A stretch of DNA of 63,796 bases from Phoronis australis (taxonomy: Eukaryota; Animalia; Phoronida): contig NMRA01000886.1 of NCBI GenBank assembly GCA_002633005.1, positions 40,544 through 104,339 on the forward strand. Direction: 5' to 3'. Below the pieces are notes generated by a model, which was not told the DNA's origin, did not search any database, and saw only the letters and a list, made by a program, of their open reading frames with translations. Both the position numbers and the translations under genes were made by a program. Positions within the stretch are counted from its first letter, which is position 1. Every line of letters begins with the position of its first letter. This document shows, one piece after another, positions 39,140 to 63,796 of the stretch.

Positions 39140-40375
39140 GGGTCTCATCCCCAAAAAGGAGCCCAACAAATTCCGCCTCATCCACAACCTCTCCTACCCA
39201 TCTCGCGACCACAACTCAGTCAACGCCTTCATCCCCCTCATCTCACCGAGGTTCAATACCAATCTGTCCAAACGGCCATCAACTCCATCCTTTACTTTGG
39301 CCGCAACTTCCTCATGGCCAAGACCGACATCCAAGACAGACGCTTTCCGCCTGGTCCCTGTCCACCTCTCCGACTACAAGTTCTTGGGTTTCACCTGGGA
39401 TGGTCAGTTCTATTATGACCGGTGCCTTCCCTTTGGCCTAGCTTCATCTTGCAACATATTCGAACGCATCAGCACATCCCTCCAGTGGATTATGGAATCC
39501 AAATTCCAGGCGTCCGGTACGTGTCATCTTCTCGACGACTTTTCCTTCATCGGTCACCTACAATCCCCCAGGTGTTCCACGAATCTCAACAATTTCCATC
39601 TACTCTGCTCCTCCATTGGTGTTCCGATCAACCGGGACAAAACTATTCCTCCCACTATACTCCTCACTTTCTTCGACATTCATCTCGACACTTCTATCAT
39701 GTCTGCATCTTTGCCCATAGACAAGCTCGACAAGGCCAGGGAGCTGCTCCACAGTTTCCAACGAAAACGCACAGTCACGCTCCGCGACATGCAATCCCTC
39801 ATCGGCCTCCTCAACTTCGCATGCTTGGTCATTGTGCCGGGACGTGTCTTTCTCCGCCGTCTCATCGACCTCAGAAAGGGGCTCCACTGTCCTCACCACC
39901 ACGTTAATCTCAACAAGGAGGCACGCGCCGTTATCAGCTCCTGGCTCCTCTTTCTCTAACCATTCAACGGTAAATACCTTCTTCTCTTCCACAAGTGGGT
40001 TTCGTCTTCATCCATCAAGCTCTACATTGATGCTATTTCGGTTCATGGGGGTTTTGCTGCAATCCTCGGCTCCGAATGGTTCTCGGGCCACTAGCCTCCG
40101 TCTACATCTGACTTCCACATCACCTTCAAGGAACTCTTTTCACTCGTCCTCTCCATCGAGATTTGGTTCCATGTGGCCGGTGCTTATTATTGGCCATCTT
40201 ACTAGAGATTATCAATTTTATTTTACTTATCTGTATTCGTTATAGTTACTTGTAATTGTATTAGTCATAATAAATGACCTTGTATCGCCTACCTCGGTCT
40301 CCTTTTCATCCCTGGTAACGAGCTTGCGACGCACGTACCATTCATCTATTATTCGGGATATATGTCGATCATAAT
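39140..40375 (+). mobile_element. Ngaro/DIRS retrotransposon relic: RT, partial RNase H and terminal repeat
   Basis: IPKKEPNKFRLIHNLSYP, DAFRLVPV, LPFGLASSC, LLDDF, LIGLLNFAC; beyond the stop, LYIDAIS..GGF..W..ITFKEL (RNase H); no tyrosine recombinase present. Confidence 0.88.
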
Positions 40376-41514
40376 ATCCCTTTCCCTCTAAAATCCCATG
40401 TAGTGTATAAATTTGATTGCAATTTTTGTATATTTTATATTGGTGAGACAACTGGCCACTTGACTACAAGAATGAAGGAATACCTAGTTAGCGATAACAA
40501 TTCACGTAACTCAAGGTAACTGTGAACATTGTTTACCAGGTTGTACTTATGTGCAAATATCTTAAATTCTGTTAGCTCCAACCCCTATAAAGTATTATTT
40601 TTTCTGAAAGGTGAATGAATTTTCTAACGATTGTATCATTCTTATTTCCTTGTCATTGTGTTTTCATCAAATATGCGTTTTTTAGCAAAAAATATCTTGA
40701 CTTTGATGAAACGATATTTAAAATATTGTTCCTGTTATTGGTCTTTTGTCAACGTGTTGACAATGGTATTTTCGAGGGAACCGTGTCTCAGATTTTTGAA
40801 ACAGGCGTTAGTGCTTCGTTTCACCTTTGAACGGCCGGCGTATGATGCAAGTGCCGTCGGGATATTGACATGAGATTTTCTACGGTTGAGCGTGAAGAGT
40901 TAGATATCGGGAAGGGAGAAAGCGGTTCAGGTTACTGAGCAGTTTTTAAACAGATTACATGTATCTTTCCCGCTGTATCCACAAGTGCGTGCCTTCTTCT
41001 GTGACCCGACTGCGTCAGCAGTGGATGATGTTTCGGAAACTTGCCGTTTTGTCCTAGTTCGTTGAATGTGTTTTTTATTTTGACGTTGAATTCAGGCATC
41101 GTATTTTGCTACTCAGTTTTTAACAACAAGTTTAAAATGAAACAAACCGCAGGCAAAGATCTTAGTCAGGCAACTGTTTGTAAACAGCTGTTAGACCAAA
41201 TTCGGAGAATGATGACTACCCCAGGTTATCTACTAGTCTAGAGGTCTATATAGTCGAGTTGACAAGGTCTCGAGCGATTTTGTGGCCAAAAGGCTTTTTT
41301 GACTCGAGGGCTCATCCAGGATTTTGAGTTGCGAGAGGGGAGGGGCGCAGGGCAGAGTAATAGCCAAGATTATGCCCGTCAGATATTCGCACTCCCGAAC
41401 TGCCAAATGCAATCTGGGAGAATTTTAGGGGGCATGGCCGCCTTGACCCCATCTAAGTCCGCCACTGTGACTGGTAACGGGTCGCGCCTCAGCCAGGTAC
41501 CGCCCCTTCGAAAT

Positions 41515-41599
41515 CGAAGTCCGTTCAATCCACCAACTGAAAAGTAACATACAAGTCGACATATCCGACAAAGGGAGTGACTTTCCAACGCAGCGCCAT
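41515..41599 (-). pseudogene. Orphan decayed copy of gene A exon 1 (A')
   Basis: Reads MALRWKVTPFVGYVDLYVTFQLVD* with an in-frame TGA; the GTAAGT donor is deleted; flanks 40823-41912 align with 9483-10447. Confidence 0.85.
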
Positions 41600-43582
41600 T
41601 ATCGAGTGAGTACTATTGAACAGAGAGCAACCTCGATTAATGAATTCATTGATACTTGACATGTCTTAAGAGTTTCGTAGACCAACAAATTTCGCTATAA
41701 TGTTGCGTTCACATATTACATTATCACTCGACGTAGTTTGGAAAAGAGGAAGTTTTACGAAAGGGAAGGGAGGTTAAACTCACGGTGACGTCATTGAGTG
41801 GTTGATTAGAAAATCTCCATAGTTGGGAAACTGGTTCGGCCTTCTGACAGAATCGACTATAATTCCAAACTAAAGTGGGACCCACCGTTGCTCGTTTCCA
41901 AGACTTGACTACATTTCACTTACCCTATAAAAATGTACACAGACAAGTGAACAGGCATAAACCCCGATGTCCCGTTTTTAAATCCAGTTGATGCAAACGT
42001 TAAAATGAATAAAGTATTCTTCATCTGCGTTCCCGTGATGGCGGGTAGAATGCGTGCATGTCACTTTTTCTTCAGCAGGATGGGTGATACAGGTACAGAA
42101 GGTCTGCCTTCTGTCCTAAGCTAACATGCTCCGTCTTCTTGGGAGCTCATGGTTTTATTTTGGAATGCCCCTCCGAGATGACCTTCTAGTAGGTAAAATG
42201 TCGCCAAGGATCAATTTTTACATGGTAAGGAGATGGCCTTACGCCATACCTTAGTATGACCCTAGGAAGTGCTGAGATGTGTTTCGTCTACCTTTCGACA
42301 TGGGTGCCCCTGCTAAAAGTTTTTAAACTCCCGACAGTAAAGCTCTAGAGGTCACCACAAGGCATACACGTACGTGTACCCAGGAAGAGTAATGTAGTAT
42401 TAAAAACCCTTCTGTAGATTTGTATAAACAAGGGAACCCATTCGAATTCCCCGAGCCCATTCCAATTGCAGGGAATTTCGTTGAAAAAGAACTCTTTCGT
42501 GAGAATTTTGTTAAAAATAACTCTTTCGCAGGTGAACTGGTCGTGAAAAAGTCATTTTTCTGAGCGGCATGCTCCCTTTCTACGGGAGAGACCCCGGGCC
42601 AATACCATTGCTTCCAGGGGGCCAAAGAAACGCCTAACCATTCCTGTGCAGGAGGCACATCAATAAATCGACAAATTGCGGTATGTAAAATCATTCGAGT
42701 ATATGGTAGACAAAGTAACGACTGTCCCATCACCACAGAGCTACACCAAGTAAATGAAACAACTATACAAACTCGTATGCTAAAAATCAACTTGCTTTGA
42801 TTGACACTGCATCTCCCTGTTTTCAGTTGTGCAAAAAACAGAACAAGCCACTTGTCCATGCAAATCGTTCTCGAACTTCTCACCAAGACAAGACTTCATT
42901 TAGTACTTGCCAAAATATAAAAAATTCTCAACAATTCGACCGCTTCACTTCAGTCTCTGGCTTTTCAATTTCAACAGAATGTTGAAACCGAGGAGTGTGC
43001 ATCAGAGGGAATCCAACGCACGACCTTGAGTGAAGGAAGCGGACGGACACTTATCCCACTCGGACACACTGCCTCCTTTGATTGGCCACGCACTGTATTC
43101 TTCGATTTCATATTTAAAAGTAAACCAAACACTGTTTAAGACATACTTGGTCATTTCTAACAGACCACAAAATTATATTCTACCACCCTCATCAACCCTT
43201 AAACGTTGGGAGAAAATAAATCTGAGCCGAGTTCCGAAGACTCAACATTCTCGCGAAGGAGGCTAGTGTGATCATGTGCGTTGCGTGGCGATGTCTCGCA
43301 AAGTCTTGCGTGATCTTGCGTTTCCTCGAGGTTCCCGCGTCTACGGAACGGATGCCTGTTCAATCGGCAAGGGTGAAATAACCGACCGCTAAGAAGAAAG
43401 ATCGGCTACGCATGACGGTTGAGGGGACTCGTAATGATTCAGTTAAATAAACAGTTTAGCTCTGAGGGAGGTACCAATTGTACAACAGCAGGCCGGTTAT
43501 AGAACCAGTTTTGGGTGAAACTACTTCAACAGGGTTCAGTATCATTTAAAGCAGCAAACAGAAGCGTATCTGGTCGAGCTCA

Positions 43583-56948
<13,366 letters not shown>

Positions 56949-57157
56949 GTTGCGAAACGGGGCGTCCTTTCAAAACGTACAGGTAATCCATATATCACAT
57001 ACCGCTCAAAGGCTCAGATATATAAAACAGTTTAGTCTAAGGTCATGAATACGGCGGTCGAAAAGGTTCAAAGGTTGAAAGGTTTATTTTCTCTGGACAA
57101 ACAACAGAGACACCTCACTGGGTATAAGAGAACTACATTCTATGCAAGCTACAGATG

Positions 57158-57379
57158 CATGGAGCGAAGCACTATTGGGGCTGGGGAGGCTATAGCCTCC
57201 CACTTATTTCAGTGCTGCACCTTCCATCTCGGATGCTGGGGNCATGGAGCGGCGCACTATTGGGGCTGGCCGGGGGAGGCTATAGCCTCCCACTTATTTC
57301 AGTGCTGCACCTTCCATCTAGGATGCTGGGGGTGTGAACTATAGCCCCCCCCCACTAATTTCAGTGCTGAGCCGCCCAT
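57158..57379. repeat. MITE with ~83 bp tandem duplication across an N
   Basis: 57158-57241 is repeated at 57243-57330. Confidence 0.6.
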
Positions 57380-58699
57380 ATATTGCACTCGACTTACTCA
57401 GGTATAAAAATAACCAAAAGAAACACCTATTAGAAAGGACATAGTCAAGATATTAATCGAACGAGACTATGGAGAAAACGAGGCAGCTTTCATGGAAATA
57501 CATGTGTACCAAACTTAGACATCAGAAGTGCAATAATATTGCTTAAGGTGGCACGTACTGAATAGTTAGGTTGTGGCCGCGGTCAATTTGCACTGCCAAA
57601 ATGTTAAAATATAGGGCTAGGCCAGGCTTGGGGGCATTTTTCAATTAGGTATTGTGTGTAGGATAAGTGAATGTTTTTTGTTGTATTTGTGAACATGCTG
57701 GGAATGCCAAAAAGGCCAGTTTCTCGGCTGTAGCTGCACTCTTCTTCAAGATGGTGGCCCCCTGTTGCAGTTGTGCATTGCTGTGTAGCACCTGAGAAAT
57801 TGGCCGCGATTTCAGGTAGCCCTCAAACAAGCCAGATTTGCAAAAAAAACTAGTTGGTTGACAGTACTTTTGGACCACATTTTTGGAATCGGTAGGAAAT
57901 TTGCTTTCGGAATCTAATGTTGGCTTTAGTCGAGCATCGGCAGGAAAGTGGTGATTTTGGGGTGAAAAGTGCCGATTTGGCATTTTTTTGCCCTCATTTT
58001 TCTTAGTTCGGCTTGGTTTCCACTGGGAGTGAATGGATCAAAAATACAAGAGAGAATAAAGTTTCTGTGCTCATCTGTAGGGCTTGTGATGTGAAATGAC
58101 TCAAAACATTTCCTTATTTGCATGTAGTTTTGGACATTAAAGTGAAGAAAGGGTGAAGAGTGCATTGACGTGTGTTCTGACAGGCAAACCCCTGTGAGAA
58201 CTGTTCTGTGCCCCCTAAGAAACGGATGTTGCTTATGAACTGGGCTAAGACACTCGCCGACACCACCACTATGTTGGGTTGAAACGATCTCTGCAACATA
58301 GATTATGCATACCACAACGAAATTTATAAAAAAATAATCTTTTGTTAAAATCAAGCCTCGATCGGTACATTTCTAGCCCAAATCATTGTTTGTTTGAAGA
58401 ATGACTAGAATTAAGGAACAGTGCTCAACTGAACAAGCGTTCATGAATACAATAATGGAAGGCCTGATATCGCCCAAGTCGAATAATATTGTTTTGACAC
58501 CAGGTGTACTGAGAAAGTCTTGTGCCATCCTCGGGTAAGAGAGGACACAGTTATTCAAAATAGGCCTAATTTTAGCAAGTTACGGCAAAGTTAAGCATAA
58601 AAACAATACTCGAAAGTTTGCCACCAAAAATTCATTATCCTTTCATCAATCTGCAGTTGAAGCGGGACTGTCCCAGTCCCACAATTAACCAGATACACG

Positions 58700-58960
58700 A
58701 AGGTGTCAACTTAGCGTCTATAAAAATTTCGACTTGTCTAACATTTTTAGGAACCTCAGAGTTCACATCCACACAACATAATTGGAAAATTATAAACAGT
58801 TTTGGTAAAAATGTCGGACTCCAAATCATTCGGAAGGGCCAGTTTCCTAAACTTTGAAACGAGAGCAAATTGAGCTTTTTGTGCTTGGGAGACTTGCTTG
58901 GCAACGGCTTTGTCAAACTTCCTATTGCAAGTTAAATATTGCCTTGTACCCAAATAGACA
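58700..58960 (-). mobile_element. LINE reverse transcriptase C-terminal fragment
   Basis: YLG...KF.KAV..Q..QAQKAQFAL..K...L.LP.D...IF...V..PIMLCGCEL*G. Confidence 0.65.
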
Positions 58961-59184
58961 CAGTCTGGAACAACCCCAAAGACCATTGAGCAACCCCAAA
59001 TTGGAAACTGCAAGTTCACTGGGTACCAGCGGCCTTTCACTTACCCTCATCCGGTCTGCCTCAAGTACTATACCAAAACATAACATTTTGTGCTGTTTCG
59101 AAACGTCGACTGTGTTAGTTACAAGTGATTTCGAACCTTGAGGGGAATTTATTCGTCATTGGATGGGAATTTTCGGGCTCCATG

Positions 59185-60417
59185 TATCGTGGGTCGTTCG
59201 GGTGAAAGTGTCGCGCATAATTACGCTCGTACGACCAAGACTTCGCTTGTTAGCTTGACGAACGTTATCAATATATCTAGTGAGAAATCGGTTTGTCCGT
59301 CACGTGACCTCTGAAGCAGTTGTACGCTCGTATTTTCACTCGTATTTTACGTTAGTAATAGGGTTGTAGTTTTTGCTCATAACTTTACATTCGTAATTTT
59401 ACGATCGTAATTTTTCGCTCATATTTTCCGCATATTATGAAGTGCTCAGGAGGTAAAATCCGAGATGCAATTTACAAGCAGCTGAAAAATATCGAAGACT
59501 GACTCAAATTTTTTGCACTAGGCTACCCAAACATTTTAGAGTGGCCCATTTTATTACACATTGTGCCAAAATGTATATCTAGCAGGTTCTCTGACAATGC
59601 TTCTTATGTCAGGTCTTTTGTTGCTGCCTACCTTTTCTCCTGCGCAGGTCTGTTGTTGCAGTCTGCGGCCAAAAGGTATGTAGTTCCATTATTTTTGGAA
59701 ATTCTAGTAATTAGTGCTTGGTACTTTTTATCTCAGGTTCCATTGTGAATTTTCTATTCTAGTTTTAATTATACCTTTATTAATCATAGATATTTTCTTG
59801 CACAATCTACCGTTGTTATTGCCCGGGTTACGCTTCCTCGGATGGCCCACGCCAGTACTCCCATGTCATTATGGCGTTTTTTCCATGCCCATCTTGCCGA
59901 GTCTTATTTAGTTCTTCAAATTACGTCATAATAAATGACATTATCCGCAATCCTCATCTCGTTTTACTCTGCAACATAGCTCGTGGTGTACCCCGGGCAA
60001 AATAGATTACGATAAATTTGATTTGTTAAAATTGCTTAGGCCACGTTTCATTCTCTTATTCTTATCAGTGAGTGCAGATGACGTATGGCATTGCAAAGGG
60101 CATAGGTTCAAAACGGTTTACGGGCTGTAATGTAGAATTTCTAAATGTTGGTGGTAATTCACTCATTCTTTATACAAGACATTTGAATAACAAACCATTT
60201 GCACAACAAAAACAATATCAACTGCGTATTTGGAGGTATCGTGGACTGGTACTTTAATCTAACGACTACTTGCTAAAATAAGGAGCCTATATCTTCCACA
60301 GAGCTCAATTTCACAGTGTGTATATATAACGATTTCGCTTGTAAAACACGAGTCCAGTTTTGGTCGTAATAACGAGAGTAATGAAGCGCGACGCTTTCAC
60401 CCGAACGGTCCACGATA
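59185..60417. mobile_element. TIR DNA element
   Basis: ~50 bp TIRs, TATCGTGG..CGTTCGGGTGAAAG.GTCGCGC. Confidence 0.7.
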
Positions 60418-61337
60418 TTCATGAGGGTAATTTAGCGTGATTTTTAATATTTTTCACAAGGGAATGGGACTGACATTCGAGGGATTGTGGACCTTGATCC
60501 CCTGATGGTTTAAGACCATTTTCAATGTATCACAGGCACAGAAACTTTCCAAGCATTTCAGACTCGTGCTCAACTGATCTAGTACACTTTGTGCCAGATC
60601 CCGTAGCACTGCGGAAAGGCACATTAAACTGTCACCCATCTAACATTTCATTCACATTTGAACGACATTTTTAGTCCAGTAACTCGCACTACAAGTTCAG
60701 TTATTCTGTGATTAGCTAATTTTTCTAAAACCGTGTTCTGTCGCGGTAAGACAAAAAGTTCCTAATCGTGGATTTCCGTTGAACCGGAACACTGAATACC
60801 ATAGCTTTAAGTCTGTCTCTCAAAAATTTTGGGACGCGAAATTAGAAAAAAAGTGGTGAATAGAAGCAAAAATAAACGCTTTAATTATCATGTTTGTAAA
60901 TGGTCACATGGCAACGTGTTTGATGCCAGGTTGGATACGGAGAAAAGAGCAACGTAAATGCGCCCAAGACAACTAAAACAAAGTTCTGCAAATATCTGTT
61001 ATAACTTCGTCCGAACGTCTCAAGTGCTGCTGCTAGAGTCGAACATGGAAGAACAATTGTAAAAGTATTGATGTTGAGCAGAGTAATTATTAAAAGTACT
61101 GGTTTAGAGTTCTCGAATCACCGAGTCAGTAGACATGTATTGGTGTACAGTGTGAAATGGCTGAATTTAAACCTTGTTGGGTATTAAATATGAAGACAAT
61201 TCTATTCGAACACGGTTTTGGAATAGTCTGGTATATGGGTGTATGATTTTATTAAGGAATTTTAAATGCTTAAAAGCAACGATGTATTGACATTGAACGT
61301 GCAACACTGGGATGATAAAATTTCCTCACAGTCGTTA

Positions 61338-61576
61338 CATGCGCGCACCCAGGGGAGGGGGTCTCAAACGTGCGAAGTCTGCAAAAAGGTCAGCCACAGA
61401 GAAACTAAAACTCCTAAAAAAGTAGAAAACGAGACAAAAGTCCACTAAGTAGGCAGGAATTATAAAAATAAGACGAAAGCACATTTCATAGGTCTGAACG
61501 TACCCCGTGAATCTTGGTAAAAGGCCCACATTCTCAAAAACTCGCGCCCCCCATTTTGTAAGCTGGGTGCGCGCAA
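61338..61576. repeat. MITE family bounded by TGCGCGCACCCAG; related copies at 62260-62484 (inverted) and ~33925-34042
   Basis: Terminal inverted TGCGCGCACCCAG and shared AAAAGG.CCACATTCTCAA. Confidence 0.55.
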
Positions 61577-61724
61577 CTAATTTCTCGTCCCCAGCTTATA
61601 CAAGCCATTTCGATAGTGTTTTCTTCAGATCCGCTTTGGTTAGACTTAAATGTTGCGGCCATTCTTTTCTGAGTGTTAACTGAGGGAGACACACGGGTCT
61701 CGCCATTAACGACAGAATATCCCC

Positions 61725-61900
61725 GTGCTGCAGTATGAACTACACAGAAACAGAACACCATTTTTGTTTAGAATGCCCTTGTATGATGAAGCTAGAAACA
61801 GGTACATGTACATTGGTAATACATCAACAAGTATTGTCATGTTTAAAGTACTCTTACAGAGAGAAGACGCGAGAACACCAAGACAAGTAGTCAAGTTTAT
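61725..61900 (+). mobile_element. LINE 3' zinc-knuckle fragment
   Basis: ETEHHFCLECP/LYDEARNRY with a frameshift. Confidence 0.5.
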
Positions 61901-63796
61901 TTTACCAGCAGAAACTCAAAGATGCAAATCAGTTGTTAATTTGCAATGTGGGCCGGAGGCCTATTTACTCTAATTCAAATATCGTACAATATAAACCTTC
62001 CTTACAACAAGCATCGAGTGAGTCGAATGAAGAAAAAGATTTCCCTCAACGAGAATTAACTTTATTCTAAATAACATCGCTTCAGTACAATTTTCTACAA
62101 AATTACAAAATCAAAATACGAATCTAAACCATACGCTACAAATAATCGAAAAATAGCACCTTATCAACCATCTACTAAAAATATAGCATTTACAGTTCAA
62201 AGTATCAGCCTATTATCAAAGCATGTCCTTTCTGGAATCAAGTGTACACTGCTTAACGCATGCGCGCAACCAGCCTAAAAAATGGGGGCTCGATTTTTGG
62301 GGGATATGCACCTTTTACATAAAAAAAGCTGTGAATTGTGCGTTCGCCGAATTTTGGTAGTTGAGGGATTTTTGTCTCGTTATCTCGGACTTTCCGTTTC
62401 TCTGATGCTTACCTTGTTGCCCAATTCGTCAAACGGGGGGGTCGAACGAGACCCCGCGGAGCCTCCCACCCCTGGGTACGCACATGTAATGTAACAAAAA
62501 TCGGGGGTGATTGTTGGTGTAATGACTGCAGTTCAAGAAGAAAGTTATTTTACAGGGCTGAGTTGCGCAAAACTTCAAAAGCAGAAGGCTGCACAAATTT
62601 GATTACTGCAAGAAGTCCAGAGCTTAGTTCATAAATAACATTGCCACGCGTTATGCGACCTCAACGTACAACTTTTATTCAACCGGCGCCCAGGGCGGCC
62701 AAACTTTAATACCCGAACATTTTAGACTGGACTCAGAATCGAAAATTAATCAATCACTCAACAAATTTGTAAACTTACTCCAAGTGTTGCATTCAATTTT
62801 AGAGCCGAGTTTTAAAGTACGCATACTAGACTCCGGTACAGGATTTTATCATGAACAATGGGAGCTAGAAATACACAAGGTCGGGCTAGTAAACAAGGTC
62901 CCGCATGCATCCGAGCAGTCACGTGGGACTGTAGGTCCTCTACGCTGGGGAACAGTTTTCAGTTCTCAATATAGTCAGGTAACAAAAAGGGAACCCATTG
63001 TTGCTTAGCACCACCAAGTGAATATCTAGCACACATTATCATTGAATGAAACAGTGTCACCTGCATATCCTCTCCCATAACGAAGTTAACGAATAACAAT
63101 TGTAGACCAATAAAGAAAGGATAACTATTGCCTCACGGCTCTCAGAAAACAGGTAAGGTCTCTATACTCCGCCCAATCGAAGAACGAGTGGGAAACAAAC
63201 ATGCCTTAAAAGATTAAGCATTCCTTAAGCTGCTTTTGTTTTACATTTTCCATAAGATATTACGTAGGTAATAAAGGAGAAATGGCTAGTTCCGACATGC
63301 GAGGCAAACTCATTCGAACACTCCAATGCATCAGCACATCTTAAATACCACTGTGCACCATCTGTGTTCCAAAAACATTCAATCCTTTGAAAAGCAAAGT
63401 TTTTTCGATGAGCTTGGGACAGAACTTACAAAGCAGATCAAAGATTTACAGGAGAACAAGCGAAGACAAGTGCTTGCTAGGTATAAAAGCACGTATATAG
63501 GTCAACGCGAGCAGCGGAATATGTGGCCCGAAATATGCATCCGAATATGATCTTATTACAAGTCCAGGTTCCGACTATATAAGCTCCGCGTGAAATACGC
63601 CCACCTTCTTAACGTTTCGCAACTCTGTGCTTCCCTTAAGTCGCTTCTGCTATCTCACATGAATAGCGCCAGCAATCATATAGGGCCTATGTGGACCCAA
63701 CCCAACAATGGAAATGGCAGCACGCATGAATTAAAGGAACCAGCATCGGGTCATTGTTAGATGGGATACAGTGGCGGATTTAGAGGGGGGGGGGGC

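Noticed and set aside
39422-39992. Overlapping and antisense ORFs of 130-161 aa
   Set aside because: By-products of the C-rich RT frame; no independent motifs

Overview
Eukaryotic genomic DNA from an animal, probably a marine invertebrate judging by its TE families (inference). The window holds a minus-strand tandem cluster of three intron-containing 11-beta-hydroxysteroid dehydrogenase type 1-like SDR genes. Gene C (56948->43583) and gene B (38349->25520) each have 6 coding exons and encode 293 aa. Gene A (10128->1520) shows 5 coding exons; its last exon presumably lies left of the window. B and C come from a segmental tandem duplication, ~9.5-38.4 kb versus ~40.8-57.0 kb. That duplication also copied the promoter and first exon of gene A, now a pseudo-exon at ~41.5-41.6 kb. 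A ~13.3 kb block (10.45-23.7 kb) between B and A has no counterpart in the second unit. It carries a plus-strand gene with an uninterrupted ORF for a predicted secreted PAN/Apple + six-bladed tectonin lectin (16349-17470). Around that gene are Polinton/Maverick, Helitron, IS3EU-like, pogo and THAP relics. The rest is introns and intergenic DNA with decayed TEs: Ngaro/DIRS, Kolobok-like, LINE ends, SINE heads, HINE-like elements and MITEs. No prokaryotic features, CRISPR array, rRNA or intact tRNA are seen. All calls come from manual reading without database searches.
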